From NCBI GenBank assembly GCA_965205675.1, contig OZ242186.1:928001-992000 (forward strand): a DNA stretch of 64,000 bases, in the 5' to 3' direction. The notes under the pieces are model-generated. The model was not told where the DNA came from and ran no database searches. It worked only from the letters and a program-made list of their open reading frames with translations. A program made the position numbers and the translations under genes. Shown here piece by piece: positions 43,778 to 54,745 of this stretch (the first letter of the stretch is position 1; every line of letters starts with the position of its first letter). This DNA comes from Nitrosopumilus sp. Its GTDB lineage: Archaea; Thermoproteota; Nitrososphaeria; Nitrososphaerales; Nitrosopumilaceae.

Positions 43778-45273
43778 CTCAAAGAAGATTTGATCCTGAA
43801 AAAGCAGATGTTAAACGAGAAAATAATTTCAATATTAATTTATTTGAGAAATTAATTCCCAAGTTTGACACTATCTACAAGAAAGATCTCAAGACTAGTA
43901 TGATTCGTGATTGTGAATCTATAATTCAAAGTGTTGAAAGATTATCATTTAAAATACCTTCTAAAAAAAGAGATGATTCTAATTTGATAAATCCTTGGAC
44001 TATTCAAGGAGAATTTGGAGATTATGCTTACTTTACAATAAAATTACCAATGCCCATTATCCACTATATTCATCCTATATTCAATCGTCTTCATTTTCAA
44101 ATTGGATATTATGAAATGAGAAAGGATGTTGAATTCATTCCATGCTATTTGATGAATTTTAATCATGTTTCTCTTTCAAAAATAGAAAAACCCCGTCATT
44201 CTCCTTTAATTTTTAGTTCAATTAATGATGGATTATACACGAAATTTAGTCATCAAAATGGGAAATACATGAATTTTTCATCATCAAATATAGTACAATT
44301 TGGTGCAACAAATGAAAATATTCAGATTTCAGAAAGAGAAAGTATTGCCAAATGTTTTGAATATGCATATTGGTGTTTACCTGCTCCTAAACGAATAACC
44401 AATTTTTCATCTATTCATAATCTGATTTATCATTCGTATAGTGAAATTAAACGAGGTGGATTTATTCAGTTGAATAAAACTTTATTAAAAATTCTAAAAA
44501 TAAACAGAAAAGAAACTTTGCGAATTTTACCTACAGCAAAAACTATCAACTGTTATTTTGCTGATGTTGTATTGCTTGTAGATGATGGTGAAAAAATATC
44601 TTCTGAAAGACGTCCACTATTGTTAGCGGACAGTATTGTAAATTCATTTAAAGAAGGAGATATGTTTAATGCACTAATTATAACACAAAACGTTTCTACT
44701 CCAAAATATTCCCTTGTAGTTGGAAGTATTGGTAAGGTAATAGAATTGAATAATATTATTCCTCTATTAAGTATTATAATGTGGAAAGAGCTCCAGTATT
44801 TGGAAGAAAATTCTAGTATTACACGTGTAAATAAAATAAGTAAATTAACAAATAATATTCTAAAATTTATTGAACATAATTCTGGAGAAGTAGGAATAAT
44901 GAATCCTTCTTTAGAATGGAATTCAAATATTGGAAAAAAAATTGAAAAAGCGATTAATGATCTTTTCCCATTGTATTTTATTGATGATGATACTATCCAT
45001 CAATTATCTCCAACAATCATTTCTTTTCTTTTAAGTTATGATCCAAAAATTTTACGAAACAGAGATGCATTAACAACAATTATAAAAATTCTTAATTTGA
45101 TTAGCGTTAATTCAGAACAATGGGAAGAATCTACACGTTCACAATTAGAAATATCAAATAACCAAAATAATCATCTTACTTCTTCTACAATAAATCTACT
45201 CCTTGATAATTTACCTATTCTAGTAAACATGATGATGTATTCTAGAATCTTTTCGCAACACTATTTGGACTGA
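43774..45273 (+). CDS. Unknown 499-aa protein in the DISARM-like operon
   Basis: ATGA overlap with drmC; no motif recognised. Confidence 0.8.
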   Translation: MTQRRFDPEKADVKRENNFNINLFEKLIPKFDTIYKKDLKTSMIRDCESIIQSVERLSFKIPSKKRDDSNLINPWTIQGEFGDYAYFTIKLPMPIIHYIHPIFNRLHFQIGYYEMRKDVEFIPCYLMNFNHVSLSKIEKPRHSPLIFSSINDGLYTKFSHQNGKYMNFSSSNIVQFGATNENIQISERESIAKCFEYAYWCLPAPKRITNFSSIHNLIYHSYSEIKRGGFIQLNKTLLKILKINRKETLRILPTAKTINCYFADVVLLVDDGEKISSERRPLLLADSIVNSFKEGDMFNALIITQNVSTPKYSLVVGSIGKVIELNNIIPLLSIIMWKELQYLEENSSITRVNKISKLTNNILKFIEHNSGEVGIMNPSLEWNSNIGKKIEKAINDLFPLYFIDDDTIHQLSPTIISFLLSYDPKILRNRDALTTIIKILNLISVNSEQWEESTRSQLEISNNQNNHLTSSTINLLLDNLPILVNMMMYSRIFSQHYLD

Positions 45274-45288
45274 TGAGGATGTTTATTC

Positions 45289-46026
45289 TTGATTAAAATC
45301 AACAAAGAAAATGATATTACAATACTAACTGCATCAGTTACTGATTTTGCAGATTCTTTAGGATATTGTGAATACAAAATTCCATTATCTATTCAGGGAG
45401 TAAAGCCCAAACCCTCACAATCCTTGATTCTAGGCACAAAAGCTCATCATGCAGAGGAAAAATACGAGCAAGAGCATGTGGAATTAGAGCCTGTATCAGT
45501 TGAGCAAATCGAAGACAAACAGGAAGACATTGAGTTTGCCCGAGAAAACATTCATTCTACTTTGATGATGCCGTTTGAATTTCCATCCGAACATGTTCTA
45601 GTTACCCTCTCAGGAAGGATTGACAAAATTCTAAGAGTTGATGAAACCCTGATAGTTCAGGATGACAAGTTTGCAGGGCGGCCGCAAACCTATGACAACA
45701 AAACACAGCCATATCCAAGCCAGCTGTTGCAAGTATTAGCATATCTTAACTCCAGTTTTTCTGCAAAGAGAAGCAAAGACCCGGAGGATTTCTTTGAGAT
45801 GCCACACACACAAAAGAAATGGCAGATTAGAATCTGTGACAGGAAAACTAGGGAGCCCTATAAAATATTCTCAGAAATTCAAGATGCTTTTTCACTCCAT
45901 TATTTGCATACATCATTAAAAAAATTTGCAACAATATCTCTTGGAATTAAAAATCCTGAACATCATAACAGTGTAAACAAATGCAACGCATGCAATTTGA
46001 AAACTTTATGTGATTATAAAATATAG
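45289..46026 (+). CDS. Cas4-like PD-(D/E)XK nuclease with Fe-S cysteines
   Basis: N-terminal C, GTKAH, SGRID, QDDK, QVLAY, CNAC...LC. Confidence 0.8.
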   Translation: MIKINKENDITILTASVTDFADSLGYCEYKIPLSIQGVKPKPSQSLILGTKAHHAEEKYEQEHVELEPVSVEQIEDKQEDIEFARENIHSTLMMPFEFPSEHVLVTLSGRIDKILRVDETLIVQDDKFAGRPQTYDNKTQPYPSQLLQVLAYLNSSFSAKRSKDPEDFFEMPHTQKKWQIRICDRKTREPYKIFSEIQDAFSLHYLHTSLKKFATISLGIKNPEHHNSVNKCNACNLKTLCDYKI

Positions 46027-46038
46027 ATTTTGTGACAT

Positions 46039-46253
46039 CATGGCTAAACTAATTTGCAATTCAAAAGAATTCACATATTTCATCGAGCCTAGAATACGAA
46101 ACAATGTTGCCACAATGACAAAAAAATCAAAAAATAAAGTAGATTCTAGGTGTCAAAAATGTAACCAGAAAAAAGAACTAGATGCCGCCCATAAACATGG
46201 AAGTTCTAGAAAAGAGATCATCAAGATGGTTCTAAGTGATTATGAAACAGATG
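46039..46253 (+). pseudogene. HNH-like endonuclease truncated by IS66
   Basis: RCQKC...ELDAAH motif, cut at the IS66 TIR. Confidence 0.6.
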
Positions 46254-47643
46254 GTAACTGTCTAGAGTTTTGAAGTAAAATCTCCAAGATATTCTAAAGA
46301 ATAATCATGAAAGTTTAATCCTCGTAATCTGCATGTCTCCTTTATACTCATCAGTATCTTATGAGAATCAGCACCATGAATGGTTCTATGACCGTTTGTA
46401 ATTTTACGAATTATCACATTTGGTCTGATTGCCCTCTCTGCTGTGTTATTGTGTGAATCAGTTCCAGTAATTAGGAATGTAAAAAGCATTTCTCTCTCAC
46501 GTTTCAATCTTTTTACAAACCTGATACAGTTTTTCTCTGTGTATTTTTTTGATATGATGTGATTAATTCTCCTTTCAAGATTCTTTTTTGCATGGATTCT
46601 TTCTGATTCTGATTTTATTTTTGCCACACCATGAGAGTCATAAATTATTTTCTTGAGATTCTTGGCAAATGGTGCAAATTCTGGTCCGGGATTCTTGTGA
46701 TTAATGGTATCATTAACCTCTCTGAGATAATGGATGTGACATTTCTGGTGAGTGCTTCCAACATGGTTCCATGCAGGGTACGAATCACTTGTAATGTTGC
46801 CATCATATCCCTTGAGAATTCTCTTGGGAACATCCATTGAACGTGATTTGTCAATCTCGTAAATTACAGTCCATTTACTCACAAATGCCCACAACCAGTG
46901 GTTCTGGCCATCTACCCTCCAACTTGTCTCATCACCATGTATGTTTAGATCTTCTTTTAACTCCACAATCATTGTATCATATCTGCTCCCAAATGCTTTT
47001 GATACTATTGATACTGCATGATTAATTGCAGATTCTGTAATGTGCAGTGAGAAGAGCATCTGCAAAAGATGAGATATTTTACCATACGATAATCCGATAG
47101 TTTTCAGTGATATGATTAGCACCATGAGCCTAATCCCAAATCTCTCATTGGGTAGCGCAGTGTGAATGTTACCCGAGATTTGTTTTTTGCAGTTTGTGCA
47201 GTATCGTCTAACTATCGTATATTTTGTCACAACTGCTTTTGCAGGAATGATGTCTTCTACTATTCTGGTGTATGAATCAGTTGGTTCTGAGAGTGATTTG
47301 CCACATGTGTTGCACTCTTTTTGGTCAACTGTAATGGCATCATCAATGTGTGCCCGTCTGCTTCTGCTTTTTCTAGGATGTCTTGATGTTTTCTTCTTTT
47401 TTGCAGTTTCAGTCTTGTTTGGTTTTGCTTTGATATTTCTTGCAACAAGTGTAGACACTGTTTGTTTTAGTTCTGCAATTTCTCTGTGTAACTGACGGTT
47501 TTCTTGCTCCAACGAGTGACATCTGTTACGATAATATTCCAGCTCATCATATACTGACAATTGTATATTGTAATTTGTCACTGATCAGAAAAGATATAGA
47601 TAAAAAATATTAAAGAAAGTACTTCAAAACTCTAGACAGTTAC
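46254..47643 (-). mobile_element. IS66-like element, copy 3 (transposase 46262..47581)
   Basis: Same TIRs; no matching TSD. Confidence 0.93.
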
Positions 47644-50010
47644 TATTTTTGTTATTTCTAAAATAATGAATAATTATCTTTACAAAGAAATATTTGAGAA
47701 TTTCAATTGATATTATTGGTTTGTGATTTTGTACATTAGTTTCTTCTGAGATAATCAAATTAGCAATTATCCATGCATTGTACAAAATCAATGAATAGTA
47801 AAAATACAACAATCTTATGGATTGGTTTGAACTGGTGGTTTTTGGTCTGAACCTTCCCACACATGCATAGCCTGTTTCAATCCCCCAACGTTTCTTGTAA
47901 TCAGTTGGAATGTTTTGTATGTTATATGATATTTCTTTTGGTGAAACGTTTGTTGCAAACACAACATACTGATCAATAATATCTGATTTTTTTCTTGCAT
48001 TTTTGTTTGGTAGAATAACTAGATTAAATGATTCTACATGTCCTGATGATGATTTTATTGTGTATGGCGAGATTGACTTTCTATCTCCATTAACGTATTG
48101 TACAATTGCATCTTTGATTCGAGAATTCTTTTTTGCAGGCATTAGAAATTTCAGATTCTTTTGTTTTATTTCTGAAATTGTTCCAGCTGTGAAAAACTCC
48201 CTATCCACTAGCAATAGTTTAATCTTGATTCCATTATTGATGCCATCAGAGAGTAATTTACGCACAAAATCGGCATTTGATTTGTTGTCATACAAAGGAT
48301 AACAACCTAATTGAGCCCTGATTCTTTTTTCAACGCACTGCATGGTGCAGTAACTCTCAAAATGAGTAGTACTGTTTTTTGATTTTGATTTTATTAAAGA
48401 ATGGTTTGGCAATTTGTCATATCTTGGGATTAGATGTTTGTCAATTGCTACAGTAACTGGTTGTTCCAATACTCCCAGTTCTCGTAATTTTGATACTGTA
48501 CTATCTAGTGACTGATGTAATTGAATTTGCATTGTTTTTTGTGATATTTTTGATATGATTTTTCTCAACCATGAAGAGAAGCATTATCTGATTCCATTGC
48601 CAGTCTCTTTAATCCAGATTCAGAATATGAATTTCCCAAACACAATGACATGACAGAATTGTGTGCATCTGCATTGTGGAACCGTGAGTTATTTTTACTA
48701 GAGCATGGAAACAACAAGATATTGTATACTTCCTAACATAAGTTCGTCAACCATCCTCTCGTTGCATATACTTGAGAATGTCTAAATTGAATCGTCTGGT
48801 TCTGTAATATTTGGAGATGTTATTTTTCAGATTACTTAGAGATGGTTGATACTGTGACACCAACAAATTGTATTTTCCTTGCTTCCATACTTCCTCAACT
48901 GCATTGAACTGTGGTGAGCCTTTTGGAAACCAATTCAATAGAACATCATCTGCATTCTCATCAAGATATTTTTGCACTAGTTTTGATCTGTGTTGTGGTG
49001 CTCGGTCTACATAGACTAGAATCTTGCCAAACTTTCTGTGCAATTCCTTTAGATAATCCAAAAAACAGTACTGATCAAATTTTTCATATTGTCTGAATAA
49101 TTGCCTGCCGTCATGAGTCAGTGCACCAAAAATGATTGTTTTTTGATGTGACCCGTTTACTAGAATAATTGGACGGGTTCCTTTCTTTACCCACATCTTT
49201 TTTCTAAATATCGCATCAGCAGTAAAGATGGACTCATCTTGTGCAAGAACTGTAAAGCCTTTTGCTATTTTTGAGGCTATTTGTTCTTTGGAGTTTTTTT
49301 AAACCAGAGTTTTTCCTCAACACTAGCTGAATTTACAAATCTCTTTGCTGCAACCTTTGGAACAAATCCCCATTTGTGTAATAATCTGTACACATGAACC
49401 TCATGATATTTTACACCTGATTTTTGATAAATCAGATTCATCACTTGCTTTGCACTCCAGCCGGATTGTTTTTCTGCAATTTGTAGTTGAATGCTGACTA
49501 GTTTCTTTTTTGGTATACTAGTTGGTCTGCCAGTTCTAGGCAAGTCTTGCAGTCCTGCAATTCCATATTCTGCAAATCTATCTAACCATTTGTATGCCCA
49601 TGAACGTACACGTCCAAGATTCTTTGCAACATGTGATGCAATTTGGTTCTCAAGTAATACTCGCTTTATCAAAAATAGCCTTTCTTTTACCTTGACGTTC
49701 TTTTCATCTTTGTATGCTTGAATTAATTTTTGATTATTCATGGTTTGATGTGTAATGTTTTGATCAATATGGCATTTGGTAAAATAAATCAGATCAATAG
49801 ATCATAAAATTTTGTTAGAGAGTATACATTATTTTAGTGATAATCTCAAATGCTTTAGATAGTATCACGCCTTGGTGTGTCATGGTATCAAATGAAGTAC
49901 AATGCATATCTGATGGAGTGACATACTTCCATCAAGCTTTTTCTATCTGAATAGATTGATTGAATAATTGATAGTTTTTGATCTAAATTGAGTTACTTTC
50001 CCATCTACTG
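47644..50010 (-). mobile_element. ISH3-family element, copy 2, interrupted by IS630 B and truncated by IS66
   Basis: Identity to 23673..24984; left TIR ends at 50010. Confidence 0.88.
48727..49824 (-). mobile_element. IS630-family element B (ORFs 49277..49741 and 48747..49196)
   Basis: QDES, DRAPQH, PKGSPQFNAVE; TA duplication; TTTAAAAAAA slippery site. Confidence 0.9.
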
Positions 50011-50146
50011 AATTACGCAAGATGTCTATAGATTCGGGCATTAAAAGGAATAAAAAAATTACGAACAAGAAAAAACAGGCAAGAAAAATGAGATTTTAAT
50101 CTAGACTAAAAAAATAGAGTAAAGGTCAGATTTTTGTAAATTCGGT

Positions 50147-50443
50147 ATGGAAATAAGAATTATTTTTATATTCAATATGGATTGGGTTGAAACATTATTG
50201 CAAAAATCATGTGATAGAACACTTACAAAAAGCGAAGTTTTGCACAGTCTTTTTCACATGATAGAAGTAAATGAAGGTGTACTAAATCACATTAAAACAA
50301 ACAAAACAGATTTTGGTCCAGAACTAGAAGAATTAAAACAAACCGAAATCAGAGACTTGAATTTTCATTTGAAATACTATAGAAGTTTAGTAAATTATAT
50401 TAATTTAGTACCAAAAAATAAGATTGTTGAACATAGAACATGA
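50147..50443 (+). CDS. Hypothetical protein
   Basis: ORF only. Confidence 0.5.
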   Translation: MEIRIIFIFNMDWVETLLQKSCDRTLTKSEVLHSLFHMIEVNEGVLNHIKTNKTDFGPELEELKQTEIRDLNFHLKYYRSLVNYINLVPKNKIVEHRT

Positions 50444-50461
50444 TCATCAATTATAACATAA

Positions 50462-51010
50462 TTACGATTGTAGTGATTTAAAAAGAGAATCATATTTAGA
50501 TTGCTCTTTAATATTTTGACCATAATTAGTCTCAATTTGATAGTTTGAGGATTTTTCATCAAAAAGTTTTTGTAATTTTTCTACTTCTTTATGAATCATT
50601 TTTCCAGAATCTTCTTTGGCAAATTGTTTACGTTGATCTTCATTCTGACCTCGGGTTGGAAAAGATTTATTGTAAAATTTTTGTTGCAAATAAGATATAT
50701 TTTTACGTTTTATTAGCTCGGCTAGATCAAAATGTCCTTGCTCATGATTAAGCAAAGAATCATTGGCCTCAGATGTTCGTACCCAAGAAAGCAATGGATG
50801 AAATTCTACAAAAAGAGAAATATCTTCAATCAAGAAAACAATTTGTTCATTAACTCTATCTGAATTCACAGTCCAAGTAAAACTATATTTGATGATGCTG
50901 TGGCTGTCTTCAAATACAGCAGGGTTGAATTCTGCTTGAAAGTCACTCCATTTAAGAAAAATACCAGACCTCCATTCCAAGAGGGTTTTTTTACTCATAA
51001 CAGATAGCAT
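50462..51010 (-). CDS. DUF922-like putative zinc metalloprotease
   Basis: LKWSDF, SWV, LLNHEQGHFDLAE (HExxH). Confidence 0.75.
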   Translation of the reverse strand: MLSVMSKKTLLEWRSGIFLKWSDFQAEFNPAVFEDSHSIIKYSFTWTVNSDRVNEQIVFLIEDISLFVEFHPLLSWVRTSEANDSLLNHEQGHFDLAELIKRKNISYLQQKFYNKSFPTRGQNEDQRKQFAKEDSGKMIHKEVEKLQKLFDEKSSNYQIETNYGQNIKEQSKYDSLFKSLQS

Positions 51011-51378
51011 TTTTACGATAATAAAATTATTTTTTATTTTTACTAATTAACATGAGACATGGGCATAATTAATTCTAATTTTTGAGTTAATTCTCAAATT
51101 ATTCAAATCAAAAAAGCTAAAGGTCTTATCATGTTTTGTTCATTGGAATGTCAAAACAAATGAAAATCCCTAGGCAAGATTCTATCAGGATCATTTCTTA
51201 TTGGTGTGTTATATTTGGTGGGGATGTTGTCTTTGCATGAGAAAGTATTCAGAGCCTACAGGCATAATTCACAGCAAAACCACTTGTGAACGTGACAATT
51301 TGTTTTCTTTGGACTGGCAGTATTACTGTTACAGTTTGGACAAAAGTTAATTGCCTTTTCAGATCTTTTTCCTGAATA

Positions 51379-52474
51379 TACCCCAGATCATAAGTCTTTT
51401 CAATTTACTGTTCTTGCAAAATACTGATACATATTCAAATTAAATTTGTGGGTTCTAAAATATTCCATAACTGTATGCCTCATTTCATGAATAGATTCAT
51501 AAAATTCTGATTCAACATTAACATGTTTGCACTGTCTCCAAATCTCTTCAATCATACTCAAATGCGGAGAACCTCTTGGAAGATATGCCAGTTCAACATC
51601 TTCGTTTTTACGCAGATATTCTTTTACATCATTAGCTTTGTGTTGTGACGCTCTATCGACGATAACAAATATTTTCCCGAATTTTTTACGAGCTGCCTCC
51701 AAATAATCCATAAATGCAATGGAGTTAAATTTTTCATACGATCTAAAAAAACTTTGATTATCATCAGTCATCATTCCATAAACCAAAAATCTTTGGTGCG
51801 ATCCTCTCCAACGTACAATCATTCGTTGGTGTACATCTGTCCAGTATTTTTTACCAAGACGTACATCGTCTACAAATACAGACTCGTCTTGGATGAATAC
51901 TATAAAACCTTTCTTTTTTGCCTTTTTTATGCGTGAAATGATGCGGTTTTTCCACTTGCGGCATGTATCCTTGGATGCTGCTCGCACATGTAGTTTTTGT
52001 GGAACCTTTGGTTTTAGATTCCATTTGTGCATCAAACGACGCACGTGAGTGATATGATATGTAATGCGTGTTCTGTAAAATATGAATTGTATCAGTTTTT
52101 TTGGAGTCATTCCATCTGAAATTCTCTTAAATGTACGCTCTATTTTTTGTAATTTTTTGTGTGCGATTAATGGCGGACGGCCAGAACGAGGGAGGTCCTC
52201 CAGACCCTCCAATCCATATTTTTCAAATGAATCAAGGCAGTTCCTTACAGAATTGTATGTACAAAATATTTGGCTTGCAGTTTCAGCAATTGTAGATTTG
52301 TTGATCTTAATTATACACATTGCATGCAGTCTTTCCTTTTTCTTACCGTACTTTTCTTTTTTGTAGGCCTGGAGTAACTCGTCATTTGTGATGTCCATGA
52401 AATTATTTCTAACTACTGATCAAAAAGTATTGCTATTTGTTTTGAAAAATTGCAAAGAATTATGCTCCGAGGTA
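51379..52474 (-). mobile_element. IS630-family element C, copy 1 (transposase 51400..52398)
   Basis: QDES, DRASQH, PRGSPHLSMIE; TA flanks. Confidence 0.9.
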
Positions 52475-53628
52475 TATGTACTGATATCAGTTGCAAATAT
52501 AGAGTCCAAAGTATCAGTAGAGCAAACAATAGGTAGGATACTGCGATTATCAAAACAAAAAGAAAAGAAAAACCAAGAATTAAACTGCTCTTATGTGTAT
52601 ACATCATCACGAATCTTTGAGGAATCAGCTAAAGCATTAGAGAAAGGATTACTACAAAACGGATACTCTAAAAAAGATTTCAAGCAATTAACTGAAAAAA
52701 TACAAAGCAGGGAAATCTACAAGAGAGCAATTACTGATAAGGATATAAAAATTCCATGTATTGGAATAAATGATAAAAAACTACGAAGAATAAACTTTCA
52801 TGATGATTTTTTGGGTTCTGACTTTACATTAAGCAAACAAAAACCTCCTGAGAAATATCTTCTATACTTTGATGAAAATAAAACAAAGAAAGTTGACATA
52901 GAATATGGAGATAAGTTGAGTAGTTCTGTGCAAACATCACTTGATGTTACATATCAAAACAAGGATTTTGATGAAACTCGCCTGTTAAATTGGCTTGATA
53001 AAAAAATAAAACGCATAGAATATTCTCAAACAGACAAAAGAGAATATTTAGCAAAAATCATTAATCATGCGACAAAAAAAGAAAATATCTCACTATCTGA
53101 ATTATCAATTAATTGCTACACTTTACGTAACATCATAAACAGACAGATTGACAAACTAGAGCAGACAAAAGCAGAAAAAACATTCCTACATCTTGAAGAA
53201 TCAAATAAACTGATAATGGATAAAATACAATATTCCCCAGAACAAACACTTGAGATTAGCAATGTTTCTGAGGAACCATTTAAACTGCATCTCTTTGAGC
53301 GGGCAGGAATAATGAATAGAGAAGAATTAAATCTTGCCTTGAAAATTGATGGACTAAAAAACATAAAGTGGTGGTATAGGAATATGGATAAAAATGATTT
53401 CTACATACAAGGATGGCAAAAATTCAGATTCAATCCTGATTTTATAATAAAGACTAAATCTGGTAAATATGTCATTACAGAGTACAAAGGGGAAAATTTA
53501 CTTAGCAATGATGATACAAAGTACAAGGAAAAACTAGGTAAAAAGTGTACACTGTTCAATCTTAGTGTCATTTCTCGATTTTCACCCGAGTGTTCAATCA
53601 GGGTGACGGGTGTTAAGTTAGGGTGCTA

Positions 53629-53758
53629 TAGCGAGAAGCATATGTTCATGAACTATTTTCATGGTATTTCAGATCGTTTATTCGTATTTACCTAGGTAAA
53701 ATCATCTAATCTCTAGTTTTTTGATGATTTTTAGTTCACGAACTTTATCTTTTCGCTA
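53629..53758. mobile_element. 130-bp MITE, TA-flanked
   Basis: Ends TAGCGAGAAG / CTTTTCGCTA; second copy at 29750..30860. Confidence 0.85.
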
Positions 53759-54024
53759 TAGTCATTAACTGTAAATTCAAACAGTCCTTTTTTACCCGTG
53801 ATTATTTTAAGTTCATCATCTTCTGTAAATGAATGCTTTTCATATAACTGGGTCAACATAATGCAATTTTTGTTATTTACTCTCATATTGTAAATTTTCC
53901 CCATGAATTTTACCTTAAAAATTTCATCTTTTGGTGGAAATTCTTCTCTAATTATTTTTGGTAATCCTACATACTTGTATTTAGCTTCACTTGCAGACAA
54001 GCTCTTTACAAAATTAACAACCAT
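53731..54024 (-). CDS. Small B3/EcoRII-N-like DNA-binding domain protein; C-terminus supplied by the MITE
   Basis: FVKSLSASEAKYKYVGLP pattern; start overlaps the REase stop. Confidence 0.5.
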   Translation of the reverse strand: MVVNFVKSLSASEAKYKYVGLPKIIREEFPPKDEIFKVKFMGKIYNMRVNNKNCIMLTQLYEKHSFTEDDELKIITGKKGLFEFTVNDYSEKIKFVN

Positions 54025-54737
54025 TACCCCATCACCTTTTCTCTGTTTGAGAAACATAAATCAAGATTGTCTGGAAATACTCTAAACCCAGTTCCATGAT
54101 CATGAGGTCTACCATCTGGATATTGTCCAATTCTTATGTCAACTAGAATTTTACCTTCTTTGAGTAATTTTATAAAATTATCAAAATCAAATCCGTTCAT
54201 CAGCCATGCCTCATTGTAATGAAATTCTTCATTTTTGCCCCTACCTTTAGAATCAGCTTTGACATACAAAAGGTTCTGTGGATATTTGCGATTAAATTGA
54301 GTTTCAAGTTCTTGTTTTTCCCAATATGGGGTTTCCATGTCGCCATAATCACAATGATCAATTTCTATTCTGGAATCATTGATAGTTAGAATAAATCCAT
54401 CATTTCCGTAAAGAGTATTTCTTGAAACTGCATCAAAGGTTGTATGTAATTTCTTTCTACCATTATCTGCTTTACGACCAAACCGTTCAAGCAGTTTGAC
54501 ATTTATTTTTTCAGGCATTGGTGCTTTTGTGAATAGTGTAAGCATACTTGGCGAACCTTTTCTTGCTGATTTTAATTCTGTAAAATGTCCGTTAGGTCCT
54601 GGAATATTATTTTCCTCAATGCCCAACAAATCCTCTAATGTTTTGCCAATACCTGTGTTTCCAGATCTATGGGTTGTTACAAATCCTGATTCACTGACTT
54701 TTTTTAGATCTACAAGAAGCTCATCATATCTTTTCAC
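54024..54737 (-). CDS. MvaI/BcnI-family restriction endonuclease
   Basis: GNTGIGKTLEDLLGIEENN, ELKS, LTLFTKAP, HDHGTGFR. Confidence 0.9.
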   Translation of the reverse strand: MKRYDELLVDLKKVSESGFVTTHRSGNTGIGKTLEDLLGIEENNIPGPNGHFTELKSARKGSPSMLTLFTKAPMPEKINVKLLERFGRKADNGRKKLHTTFDAVSRNTLYGNDGFILTINDSRIEIDHCDYGDMETPYWEKQELETQFNRKYPQNLLYVKADSKGRGKNEEFHYNEAWLMNGFDFDNFIKLLKEGKILVDIRIGQYPDGRPHDHGTGFRVFPDNLDLCFSNREKVMG

Positions 54738-54745
54738 AAATCAAC

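Noticed and set aside
45289-46026. CRISPR-Cas locus or casposon suggested by the Cas4-like gene
   Set aside because: No repeat-spacer array, cas1, cas2 or PolB seen in the window
52388-53695. 435-aa ORF as an intact gene
   Set aside because: Chimera: N-terminus from the IS630 end, C-terminus from the TIR and MITE; only the middle is Res-like
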